NCBI GenBank assembly: GCA_964396165.1
Contig: CAYNEF010000009.1
Coordinates: forward strand, 52,354 to 84,353
Direction of reading: 5' to 3'
DNA length: 32,000 nucleotides
Source: an uncultured Pseudobdellovibrionaceae bacterium
Lineage (GTDB): Bacteria > Bdellovibrionota > FAC87 > UBA2466
The position numbers and the translations under genes are program-made. The notes under the pieces were generated by a model. That model was not told the origin of the DNA, ran no database searches, and saw nothing but the letters and a program-made list of their open reading frames with translations. The stretch's first letter is position 1, and each line of letters begins with the position of its first letter. This document shows positions 9,929 to 16,902 of this stretch, piece by piece.

Positions 9929-10987
9929 ATGAAAAACAATAATCCAAGTGGGTTACTGAAAAGTGTAGGCTTGTTTGTGGCGGCAATCGCTTTTTGCGCT
10001 GCTCAAACAAATACAATGGCGGGTGTCGGCGGATTCGTTGATGCTCAAATCTCTGGCGGTACAAATGCTACTGCTGGAACAACTGCATCCAATACGATTG
10101 GTTTTGGAGTAGCTGATGGTGCTGTTTATTTGTCCAAGGAATTGGGCAAAGGTAAGGTCATGGTAGATCTTCCATTCAAAATGAACACATTAGGAGCTAC
10201 ATCTTTAGGTCTAGCTGCTGCTGCTAAAGCTCAAGCCTATGTCAATTTCGGTTACGATTTTGGCATGGATTGGACACTAGGTCGTTTCGACAGTCCATTT
10301 GCTAATGAATCAAATGACTCTGTTGATTTGGCATATGCATTCCAATCTGGATTGTATGCATACGTTCCACACATCCACCAAGGGTTGATGTTGAATTATG
10401 CAAACAGTGGCTTCGCTGTTAAAGCGCTCGTATCTAATAGTGCTGGTGCTGCAACTCGTGAAACTGCTGAAGGCGCTGGTTCTTATGCAGACAATTACGA
10501 ATACGGCGTATTAGCAAAATACACACACGAATCCTTCTGGGTTGGTGCAGGTTACTACATGCACAAGCCAGCTGGTGGTGACAACACAGGTTCTCTCATC
10601 GATGTAAACTTAGGAACAAAGATGAACGATCTGTCTTTAGCACTTGATGTGATTTCCACAAAAGCTGCTGCAGCAGGTATCGATAGCGGTTTTGCTGTAG
10701 CTGCAAACGTTTGGTACGCAGTTAACAAAACTTGGGGAGTTGGATTACGCCCTGAATACGCCAGCAAAGCGCTTGGATACATGGCAACAACTACAACTGG
10801 CGCAAACTACAGCCAGTTCCAAGTAACTGCCGGTTCCACATGTGCACTTACGGATGATCTTAAAGTACGTATGAACTACGTATTTGCATCTTCCAAAGCA
10901 AATGGTGGCACAGGAACAACATGGACAGAAGCTGCCACAAGCACTTCTTCTCATGGTGGTGTTCTTTCCGCTGTGTACAAGTTCTAA
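9929..10987 (+). CDS. outer-membrane beta-barrel porin-like protein
   Basis: Signal peptide ending AQTNTMA, an alternating Gly/aromatic-rich beta-strand pattern, and a C-terminal ...LSAVYKF with terminal Phe typical of OMPs. It is followed by a strong terminator. Confidence 0.7.
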   Translation: MKNNNPSGLLKSVGLFVAAIAFCAAQTNTMAGVGGFVDAQISGGTNATAGTTASNTIGFGVADGAVYLSKELGKGKVMVDLPFKMNTLGATSLGLAAAAKAQAYVNFGYDFGMDWTLGRFDSPFANESNDSVDLAYAFQSGLYAYVPHIHQGLMLNYANSGFAVKALVSNSAGAATRETAEGAGSYADNYEYGVLAKYTHESFWVGAGYYMHKPAGGDNTGSLIDVNLGTKMNDLSLALDVISTKAAAAGIDSGFAVAANVWYAVNKTWGVGLRPEYASKALGYMATTTTGANYSQFQVTAGSTCALTDDLKVRMNYVFASSKANGGTGTTWTEAATSTSSHGGVLSAVYKF

Positions 10988-11009
10988 TTTAGTAATCGTT
11001 TAATAAGAA

Positions 11010-11040
11010 GGCGATCTGGGAAACCAGATCGCCTTTTTTA
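11010..11040 (+). terminator. rho-independent terminator of the porin gene
   Basis: GGCGATCTGG-GAAA-CCAGATCGCC (10-bp GC-rich stem, GNRA-type loop) followed by TTTTTT. Confidence 0.85.
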
Positions 11041-11193
11041 TTTTGCCCTCTCGTTTATCTCATCCATTTTCCGCTCTTGGGGCACAACCTACGACAAAAC
11101 ATTCTATCGTGGCCAGAGCGTCCTACTAGGGTGCTTTCTACACAAGCATAGATTCTGTAAATTGCTTTGATAATAGGAGTTCCGAATAGCAAA

Positions 11194-11271
11194 AACGGGT
11201 GGCACATGCATTTCTAGTGATGGCGCGCCAAGAGCGACAGCACTAGAAATGCGTGTGACAGGACCCGTGTT
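11194..11271 (+). repeat. structured element C1 (GGGTGGC...GACAGGACCCG family), plus-sense copy upstream of the HD-GYP gene
   Basis: Layout is AACGGGTGGC, 14 nt, TGATGGCGCGCCAAGAGCGACAGCA, 12 nt, GTGACAGGACCCGTGTT. A 17-bp stem (11203-11219 / 11241-11257) has one T-G pair. ACGGGT/ACCCGT can close the base. Confidence 0.75.
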
Positions 11272-11384
11272 TCTCGCTCATACACTAATTACGCGCAGCA
11301 GTATAACGCGATACTCCATTGTGAAAAAACAATCATTTTTTATTCTAGTAAATATGCCGATAAGCCTTAGAGGTAATACGGCCC

Positions 11385-13325
11385 ATGTCCTTGTCACACG
11401 ACGTACATTCCAGACATACATTAGTGGTCTTTAAACAGACACCAGACTTGAAAAAAGTCGAAATCTCGCACGACTGGAATACAGCTGTCATTCAATCTCA
11501 CGATCAACTCCTTGCTTGCGTAGATCGCGCATACAAAAACGCACAAAGAATCGTCGTAATCGTATCCGAACTGGATTACGAAAAAACCCGCGTACTACTT
11601 AACTTAAGAATGCAGCGGGAAAACTCTGTTGCCTACGGCCTTCTTGTCGTCGCAAAAGATCCTACTAAATTCATGGAAAAAGAAGGCGGCCCCGCCGAGC
11701 TTCTCGATGCAGTAGGGGATAAAGAAGCCAGAAAAAATATTCAGATATCCCTTCTACGTGCCGTGCGATTTCTTTCACTTTCTGAATCAAAAGGAATGCA
11801 AAAAATCGGACAACGCACACTGGAGAGAATGAACGAAATATTTATCGATCTCTCTGCCGAAAGAAACTCAGAAAAACTACTCGGAAAAATTTTAACGAAA
11901 ACGATGGAAGTCACCAATGCGAAATCCGGTGCGCTTTTCATGGTGCAGGAAACAGATGGCGAAATGTATTTCCGCCTGAAAATCACAGCAGAACAAACTA
12001 AAGAACCTGTCTTTCAAAACACAACGTTAAGAGTTGTAGAAAACAGTGTATGTGGTTATGTCGCGTTGACAGGAAAAATCCATAATATTTCCGACATCAG
12101 CAATATGCGGGCAGGTTCCATCCCACAAATGCACCGTCAGTATGATTATGATTACAACGGCACAGCTGTTTGCATGGTTACGGTTCCCTTAAAAAATAGC
12201 AGACACGAAGTAATCGGCGTGTTGCAACTTGTAAATAAAAAAGACGAACGAGATGTTTCTGGAAATGGAATATGCCCATTCGAGGGAGAAGACGAAAGTA
12301 TTTTGATGTCTTTCGGAACACAAGCTGCCATCTGTTTGGAAAATGTGGATTTGTATGCGGACATCCAAAGACTGTTCGAAGGTTTTGTGAGAGCTTCCAT
12401 TACGGCCATCGAATCCAGAGATCCCAGCACGGGTGGTCACTCAGAACGTGTCGCTAAAATGTCTGTAGCTCTAGCACGCGCAACCACAGAAGTGGATATC
12501 GGCATTTACCGCTCTGTAAAATTTAAAGAAGAAGAAGTTCGAGAGCTCGAATACGCAGCGATGTTGCATGATTTCGGAAAAATCGGTGTACGTGAAGAAG
12601 TTCTCGTGAAAGCAAAAAAACTCTACGCCCACCAGCTCGAAGGAATTCAAGAGCGTATTAAAATTTGTAAAGCGGCTGCGAAAATCAATTATCTCGAAAA
12701 AAGATTGAGACAATCGGGAAATGATTTGGATTTAGAAAAAGACTACTTAAATAGAGTTGCTCAGATTGAAGGATATAAAGATATTATCTTGCAGGCAAAT
12801 GAACCAACTATCCTCATGAATGAAAATATTCAGGTTCTGGATAAGATAAGATCTGAGCAATTGCTGCTGCCTGATGGATCTAATATCGCTCTTCTTACAG
12901 AAGAGGAATTTAAAGCTCTATCTGTAACTAAGGGCTCGTTGACTGAGAATGAACGTGTGGAAATCGAATCACATGTTCGACATACGTATCAATTCTTAAA
13001 AATGATTCCTTGGACTAAGGATTTTAAACACCTGACTGAAATTGCTTACTGCCATCATGAGAAGTTGGATGGCACCGGGTATCCACGCGGTTTAGTTGCG
13101 CATGAAATTCCTTTGCAGTCTAAGATCATGACTATTGCAGATATATTTGATGCTTTAACGGCATCTGATCGTTGGTACAAAGAAGCTGTACCTACTGAAC
13201 GTGCGATTGAGATTCTTTTTAAAGAAGTAGAAAAAGGTAAGATTGATCCTGTCCTCTTTGAGCTGTTCGTAGCTAAGAAAATATTTGAAATTGCCCAGCC
13301 GAAAACTCTTCACCAAGTCGCCTAA
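11385..13325 (+). CDS. HD-GYP domain c-di-GMP phosphodiesterase with a GAF domain and a receiver-like N-terminus
   Basis: HD motif AAMLHDFGKIG and HHEKLDGTGYPRGL (HD-GYP). A central GAF-like region (SGALFMVQE...GVLQLVNKK) is present. The N-terminal ~130 aa look like a CheY-like fold without the acidic pocket. Confidence 0.9.
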   Translation: MSLSHDVHSRHTLVVFKQTPDLKKVEISHDWNTAVIQSHDQLLACVDRAYKNAQRIVVIVSELDYEKTRVLLNLRMQRENSVAYGLLVVAKDPTKFMEKEGGPAELLDAVGDKEARKNIQISLLRAVRFLSLSESKGMQKIGQRTLERMNEIFIDLSAERNSEKLLGKILTKTMEVTNAKSGALFMVQETDGEMYFRLKITAEQTKEPVFQNTTLRVVENSVCGYVALTGKIHNISDISNMRAGSIPQMHRQYDYDYNGTAVCMVTVPLKNSRHEVIGVLQLVNKKDERDVSGNGICPFEGEDESILMSFGTQAAICLENVDLYADIQRLFEGFVRASITAIESRDPSTGGHSERVAKMSVALARATTEVDIGIYRSVKFKEEEVRELEYAAMLHDFGKIGVREEVLVKAKKLYAHQLEGIQERIKICKAAAKINYLEKRLRQSGNDLDLEKDYLNRVAQIEGYKDIILQANEPTILMNENIQVLDKIRSEQLLLPDGSNIALLTEEEFKALSVTKGSLTENERVEIESHVRHTYQFLKMIPWTKDFKHLTEIAYCHHEKLDGTGYPRGLVAHEIPLQSKIMTIADIFDALTASDRWYKEAVPTERAIEILFKEVEKGKIDPVLFELFVAKKIFEIAQPKTLHQVA

Positions 13326-13356
13326 AAATAATTTTTAAGGATGAGATTTTAAGATG

Positions 13357-13434
13357 AACACGGGTCCTGTCACCTGCGAATGGGATGCTGTCGCTCTTGG
13401 CGCGCCATCACCCCATCCACAGGCGCCACCCGTT
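13357..13434 (-). repeat. structured element C2, minus-sense copy downstream of the HD-GYP gene
   Basis: The reverse complement aligns without gaps to C1. All three conserved blocks are identical, both variable blocks differ, and the variable blocks are mutually complementary. All 3 stem mismatches are G-U on the minus strand. Confidence 0.75.
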
Positions 13435-13545
13435 CCCCGTTTTTTTCAATCCATAGTTCTAACGGAAAAAAAACAGTTCTATAAAGTCAGCGGAATGTAG
13501 CAGAGTGGTTCTATTAAACTGATTTATAAAATTTGTAAGTGAGAT

Positions 13546-13723
13546 CCTTTCAGGAAGAGGAGTGTGGGTGGCGCCTTCGTTAAAACCAGTGGCCCCGGGT
13601 AGTGATAAGCAAACTAGCAATGAAAACGAAACTTGCAGAAAGATCTCACAGCGAAGATCCAGTCCAAGGGGAGCATCTGGTTACCACGCAGGTGACAGGA
13701 CCCGCACTCCTCTTCCTGAAAGG
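13546..13723 (+). ncRNA. candidate structured RNA C3 (178 nt), a large member of the GGGTGGC...GACAGGACCCG family
   Basis: A 24-bp closing helix, CCTTTCAGGAAGAGGAGTGTGGGT (13546-13569) / ACCCGCACTCCTCTTCCTGAAAGG (13700-13723), has a single U-G pair on the plus strand. It shares GGGTGGCGCCT and CGCAGGTGACAGGACCCG with C2. Internal hairpins lie at about 13609-13636 and 13642-13659. Confidence 0.55.
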
Positions 13724-13860
13724 TTTGCAATAATCAATACCCTATACAATTTTTTTCTCACACAAGTACTCTACGCAATGAGCAATCAAGTACTTAAAAT
13801 ATTCCCAAGCACACCTGGCATTTTTTTCCCGCACGAGAGGGAAATTCTTGCCGATCTTTC

Positions 13861-13899
13861 TGTCAATACATTGACAAGATTTAGGAACAATCATACAAT
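13861..13899 (+). promoter_or_regulatory. sigma-70-type promoter (TTGACA-17 nt-TACAAT) with a palindrome over the -35 element
   Basis: -35 TTGACA at 13871-13876 and -10 TACAAT at 13894-13899, with exactly 17-nt spacing. TGTCAAT-AC-ATTGACA (13861-13876) is a 7+7 inverted repeat containing the -35. It lies about 115 nt upstream of the activator start. Confidence 0.55.
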
Positions 13900-14014
13900 T
13901 AAAGAGTAATATCCTTCTGTAAAAAATTAATTCCATAAAAAAAGTAGAATAGAAAAAAGCCACAAAGAGTAAGTTATTCCTTACTGTATTGTGAGTTTGT
14001 GTTTAAGGAGCCGA

Positions 14015-15373
14015 ATGAATCGCGTTCTTATTTATGAACCTGACGTTGAATTAGGTACCAGATGCAAAGAATTACTGGAACAAAACAATCTGTGGGTCAT
14101 ACACGAGTGGGACCTTAATAACGCCTTATCGTTATACGCAAAACAGTTATTTCATGTTTGTGTTTGGCGCTGCGATACAGAAGACGATTTGAAAATAATT
14201 CCCACGTTGAGAAATACGCGTATCGAAGCGGGAATTATTATCAGCAGCAATAAAACCGATTCTGATTTCATCGTGAAGACAATGCGCGAAGGCGGTTCTC
14301 ACTATTGGAATAGACAGAGTGAGCTAACGAAACTTCAATCAGCTGTAAAAGAAACTCTTTCTAAAATCGTGGATGATACGGAAACCATCGATTTTACCTT
14401 TCCGTTTCAGGAATTTATTGGAAGACATCCCAAAATCATCGATATTTTTCAAACTATCAATAGCATTAAAGATACGGATTCTACCGTACTCATTACGGGT
14501 GAAAGCGGAACAGGGAAAGAAGTTGTTGCTTCTGCAATCCACAAGCTAAGCCCTCGTGGTAGATCGCAAATGGTGGCAATCAATTGCGGCGCCATTCCCG
14601 GAAGTTTGATTGAAAGTGAACTATTCGGTCATATGAAGGGCGCTTTTACAGGCGCAACTCATAATAGAATGGGACGATTTCAGATGGCAGGAAGTGGAAC
14701 GTTGTTTCTGGATGAAATAACGGATCTTCCTCTTGATTTGCAGGCTAAATTACTACGCGCCATACAAAACAAAACATTTGAGCCCGTTGGCAGTGCTGTC
14801 AGTCTCAATCTCGAAGCTCGCATTATTGCAGCGACAAACAAAGACTTGGAAATCGCTGTCGAAGACAAAAAATTCCGTGAAGATCTGTTCTACCGACTGA
14901 ATGTAATTCCCATTTATATTCCGCCTTTGAGAAATAGAAAATCGGATATTCCGCTTCTTGTGAAATCATTCATGGATAAGTTCAGCAAAGAACATAACAA
15001 GGTCTGTGAAGGAATATCCCAGGACGCCATGAGAACCTTAATGGAATACCAATGGCCGGGTAACGTAAGAGAGTTAGAAAACCTCATCGAACGAGTCATT
15101 GTACTGAAGAGAAGCGTCGGTGCAATCGAATTGAAAGACTTGCCCGTGCATTACTTTAAAAACGTCAGAATGGATCGGTATGTCGCAAATGTGGAGCTTC
15201 CAGACGAAGGTTTGGATTTCAACAATGCGGTAGATGAATTCGAAAACGAATTGATCATTCAGGCTTTACAGAAAACGGATGGCAACCGCAATAAAGCCGC
15301 ATCCTTGTTGAATTTGAATAGAACAACGCTTGTGGAGAAATTGAAGAGAAAGGGAATCAGATTGGCTGCTTAA
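14015..15373 (+). CDS. sigma-54-dependent transcriptional activator (NtrC family) with a divergent receiver domain
   Basis: AAA+ motifs GESGTGKE, GAFTGA and DEITDL, with a C-terminal Fis-type HTH (NRNKAASLLNLNRTTLVEKLKR). The ATG at 14015 is preceded by AAGGAG, so it is preferred over the GTG at 13991. Confidence 0.9.
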   Translation: MNRVLIYEPDVELGTRCKELLEQNNLWVIHEWDLNNALSLYAKQLFHVCVWRCDTEDDLKIIPTLRNTRIEAGIIISSNKTDSDFIVKTMREGGSHYWNRQSELTKLQSAVKETLSKIVDDTETIDFTFPFQEFIGRHPKIIDIFQTINSIKDTDSTVLITGESGTGKEVVASAIHKLSPRGRSQMVAINCGAIPGSLIESELFGHMKGAFTGATHNRMGRFQMAGSGTLFLDEITDLPLDLQAKLLRAIQNKTFEPVGSAVSLNLEARIIAATNKDLEIAVEDKKFREDLFYRLNVIPIYIPPLRNRKSDIPLLVKSFMDKFSKEHNKVCEGISQDAMRTLMEYQWPGNVRELENLIERVIVLKRSVGAIELKDLPVHYFKNVRMDRYVANVELPDEGLDFNNAVDEFENELIIQALQKTDGNRNKAASLLNLNRTTLVEKLKRKGIRLAA

Positions 15374-15382
15374 GCTAGGCGG

Positions 15383-16162
15383 TTACTCTTTTTCTTTGTC
15401 TTTATCTTTTTTGCCATCTTTGCCTGTATCGATGAAGGAACGCATGAAGTATTTGAGAATACTGCTGCGTTTAGCACCACCCATCATCGATTTTAAGTCT
15501 TCATAGACGCTGGGATCGTTTACCAGTGCACCTAAAGTGCCTTCCCCGTTATCTACCTTTGCCAAAATACTTTCCAGATGTTCCATCGACTGGCTAAGTT
15601 TCTCAGCGCTTTTTCCTTTTTGTAAGCTGGCAGTCAAAGCGGCAAGATTCTGGGAAGTTTGGTTTAAGCCAGAAAGCAGTTTGTCTACATTCCCATCTTT
15701 TGCAAATTGCTGGGAGAGTTCATCTACAAAGTTTCCACCTTTAGAAAATAAATCAGGAGCGGAATCGGTTGGAATAAATACGCCGTCTTTTAGTGGCTCG
15801 CCCACGCTACCTATGGATAGCTCGATATATTTATCTCCCAATACCCCTTGCGTGCGCACTACTGCCAAGGTGTCTTGCTTGATTTGATTGGCGTTGGATT
15901 TATCTACCGACATCGTTACCACAAGCTCGCGAGTGTCTTTATCTACGTTGATTTGCTTTACAACCCCCACTCTTAAACCATTCAGCGATACTTCAGAGCC
16001 CTGGTGCAATCCTTTTACTTCGTGAAATCTGCCGTAAAAAGTCATTTGGCTGCTGAATATGCCTTTGCCATCTCCGATGCTAAATACAATGAAGATAAAG
16101 ACTGCGAATCCGACTGTGACGAATGCGCCCACCACCAGATTGTTTGCCAGTTTCTTGTCCAT
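15383..16162 (-). CDS. mlaD: MCE-domain protein MlaD-like (ABC lipid-transport substrate-binding component)
   Basis: N-terminal TM helix followed by an MCE domain (GLHQGSEVSLNGLRVGVVKQINV). It is the last gene of the mlaE-mlaF-mlaD cluster and has a Lys/Asp-rich tail. Confidence 0.8.
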   Translation of the reverse strand: MDKKLANNLVVGAFVTVGFAVFIFIVFSIGDGKGIFSSQMTFYGRFHEVKGLHQGSEVSLNGLRVGVVKQINVDKDTRELVVTMSVDKSNANQIKQDTLAVVRTQGVLGDKYIELSIGSVGEPLKDGVFIPTDSAPDLFSKGGNFVDELSQQFAKDGNVDKLLSGLNQTSQNLAALTASLQKGKSAEKLSQSMEHLESILAKVDNGEGTLGALVNDPSVYEDLKSMMGGAKRSSILKYFMRSFIDTGKDGKKDKDKEKE

Positions 16163-16164
16163 AA

Positions 16165-16902
16165 TTACCAGGCCTCTCCGTGAATAAAATTGGATACTTC
16201 TTTGTTCTCGCTATTTTGCATTTTACTTGCGTCATCGATAGCGGCTATTTTGCCATTTTTTAAAAAGGCGACTCTGTCGCTGACTTTAAAAATTGTCGGC
16301 ATATCGTGTGTCACTAAAATGGAAGTTGCGCCTTGAGATTTCAGCTGGCGAATAATTTTTACAATTTGAGAAGTGTTGTAGGGATCGAGTCCCGTTGTGG
16401 GTTCATCATAGAGAATCACTTCCGGATCCATGATAATACTTCTGGCAACACCCACTCTGCGTTGCATCCCGCCGCTTAAACTCGAAGGTAAAAGATATTC
16501 GCTTCCCTCAAGCCCCAGCTTGCTTAAAGTGAGCATTACTTTTTCATGAATTTCTTTTTCTGAAAGATCAGTATGTTCTCTTAACGGGTACGCAAGGTTT
16601 TCATGTACAGTGATACTGTCAAAAAGTGCTCCGTATTGAAATACATACGCGATCTTTTTTCTGATAGGAACGAGCTCTTCTTCATTCAATTTTACGATAT
16701 CCGTACCGTTAAATAAAATTTTACCTTTATCCGGTTTCTCTAGTCCAATGATAGAACGAAGTAGAACGCTCTTTCCCGAACCGCTTCCCCCCATCAGAGT
16801 CAAAACTTCTCCAGGGTACACTTCGAGTTCAATTCCTGAATGCACAACTTTCTTGCCGTAGCTTTTACAGATCCCTTCGAATTTAATGATAGGCTCTCTC
16901 AT
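16165..16902 (-). CDS. mlaF: ABC transporter ATP-binding protein MlaF-like
   Basis: Walker A GGSGSGKS, signature LSGGMQRRVGVARS, Walker B ILYDEPTTGLD. The start at MREPIIKF gives an ATGA overlap with the mlaE stop, so it is preferred over the upstream Met at 16926. Confidence 0.9.
   Translation of the reverse strand: MREPIIKFEGICKSYGKKVVHSGIELEVYPGEVLTLMGGSGSGKSVLLRSIIGLEKPDKGKILFNGTDIVKLNEEELVPIRKKIAYVFQYGALFDSITVHENLAYPLREHTDLSEKEIHEKVMLTLSKLGLEGSEYLLPSSLSGGMQRRVGVARSIIMDPEVILYDEPTTGLDPYNTSQIVKIIRQLKSQGATSILVTHDMPTIFKVSDRVAFLKNGKIAAIDDASKMQNSENKEVSNFIHGEAW

Noticed and set aside
11041-11193. Possible degenerate fourth copy of the C family, because CGCTCTTGG at 11072-11080 matches part of the reverse-complemented C loop
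   Set aside because: Only a 9-nt match is present, with no conserved flanks and no convincing stem. This is insufficient.
11200-11215. TGGCAC-N5-TTTC inside element C1, resembling a sigma-54 -24/-12 promoter
   Set aside because: The -12 GC is missing (TTTC). The corresponding positions in C2 (GATG) and C3 (TTAA) are not conserved. Only the TGGC(A/G)C part belongs to the conserved block, so the resemblance is probably coincidental.
11356-11363. Perfect sigma-28 -10 box GCCGATAA 22 nt upstream of the HD-GYP start, with a second copy at 31648-31655 inside the small ORF before flgE
   Set aside because: Neither copy has TAAA at the -35 position 15 nt upstream. An 8-mer is expected roughly once by chance in 64 kb of two-stranded sequence. 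A start at the first site would cut into the ribosome-binding region. It is worth remembering only if FliA-dependent transcription of the HD-GYP gene is ever observed.
13354-13500. Unlisted 48-aa ORF (MNTGPVTCEWDAVALGAP...) spanning element C2, and the 61-aa ORF at 11249-11434 spanning the end of C1
   Set aside because: Both exist only because the repeat is stop-free. The shared peptide TGPV arises from the quasi-palindrome ACNGGNCCNGT read on either strand. The variable stem blocks give unrelated peptides, so there is no sign of coding conservation.
13546-13723. C3 as a known RNA: SRP/4.5S, 6S, tmRNA, RNase P or a c-di-GMP riboswitch
   Set aside because: CCAGUCC-AAGG-GGAGCAUC only loosely resembles the SRP domain IV apex (GGUCC-GGAA-GGAAGCAG) and lacks a GNRA loop. 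The GEMM-I ACGCAAAGCC core, the tmRNA T-arm and tag frame, and the RNase P GAGGAAAGUCC motif are all absent. A 6S-like central bubble is not evident. A covariance-model scan is needed to be sure.
13562-13909. 115-aa plus-strand ORF in the long gap between the HD-GYP gene and the activator
   Set aside because: It starts with a GTG inside the 24-bp closing helix of element C3 and has no ribosome-binding site. The sequence is low-complexity and Arg/Ser/Pro-rich, and it runs through the sigma-70 promoter at 13871-13899. The region is better explained as non-coding structured DNA or RNA.
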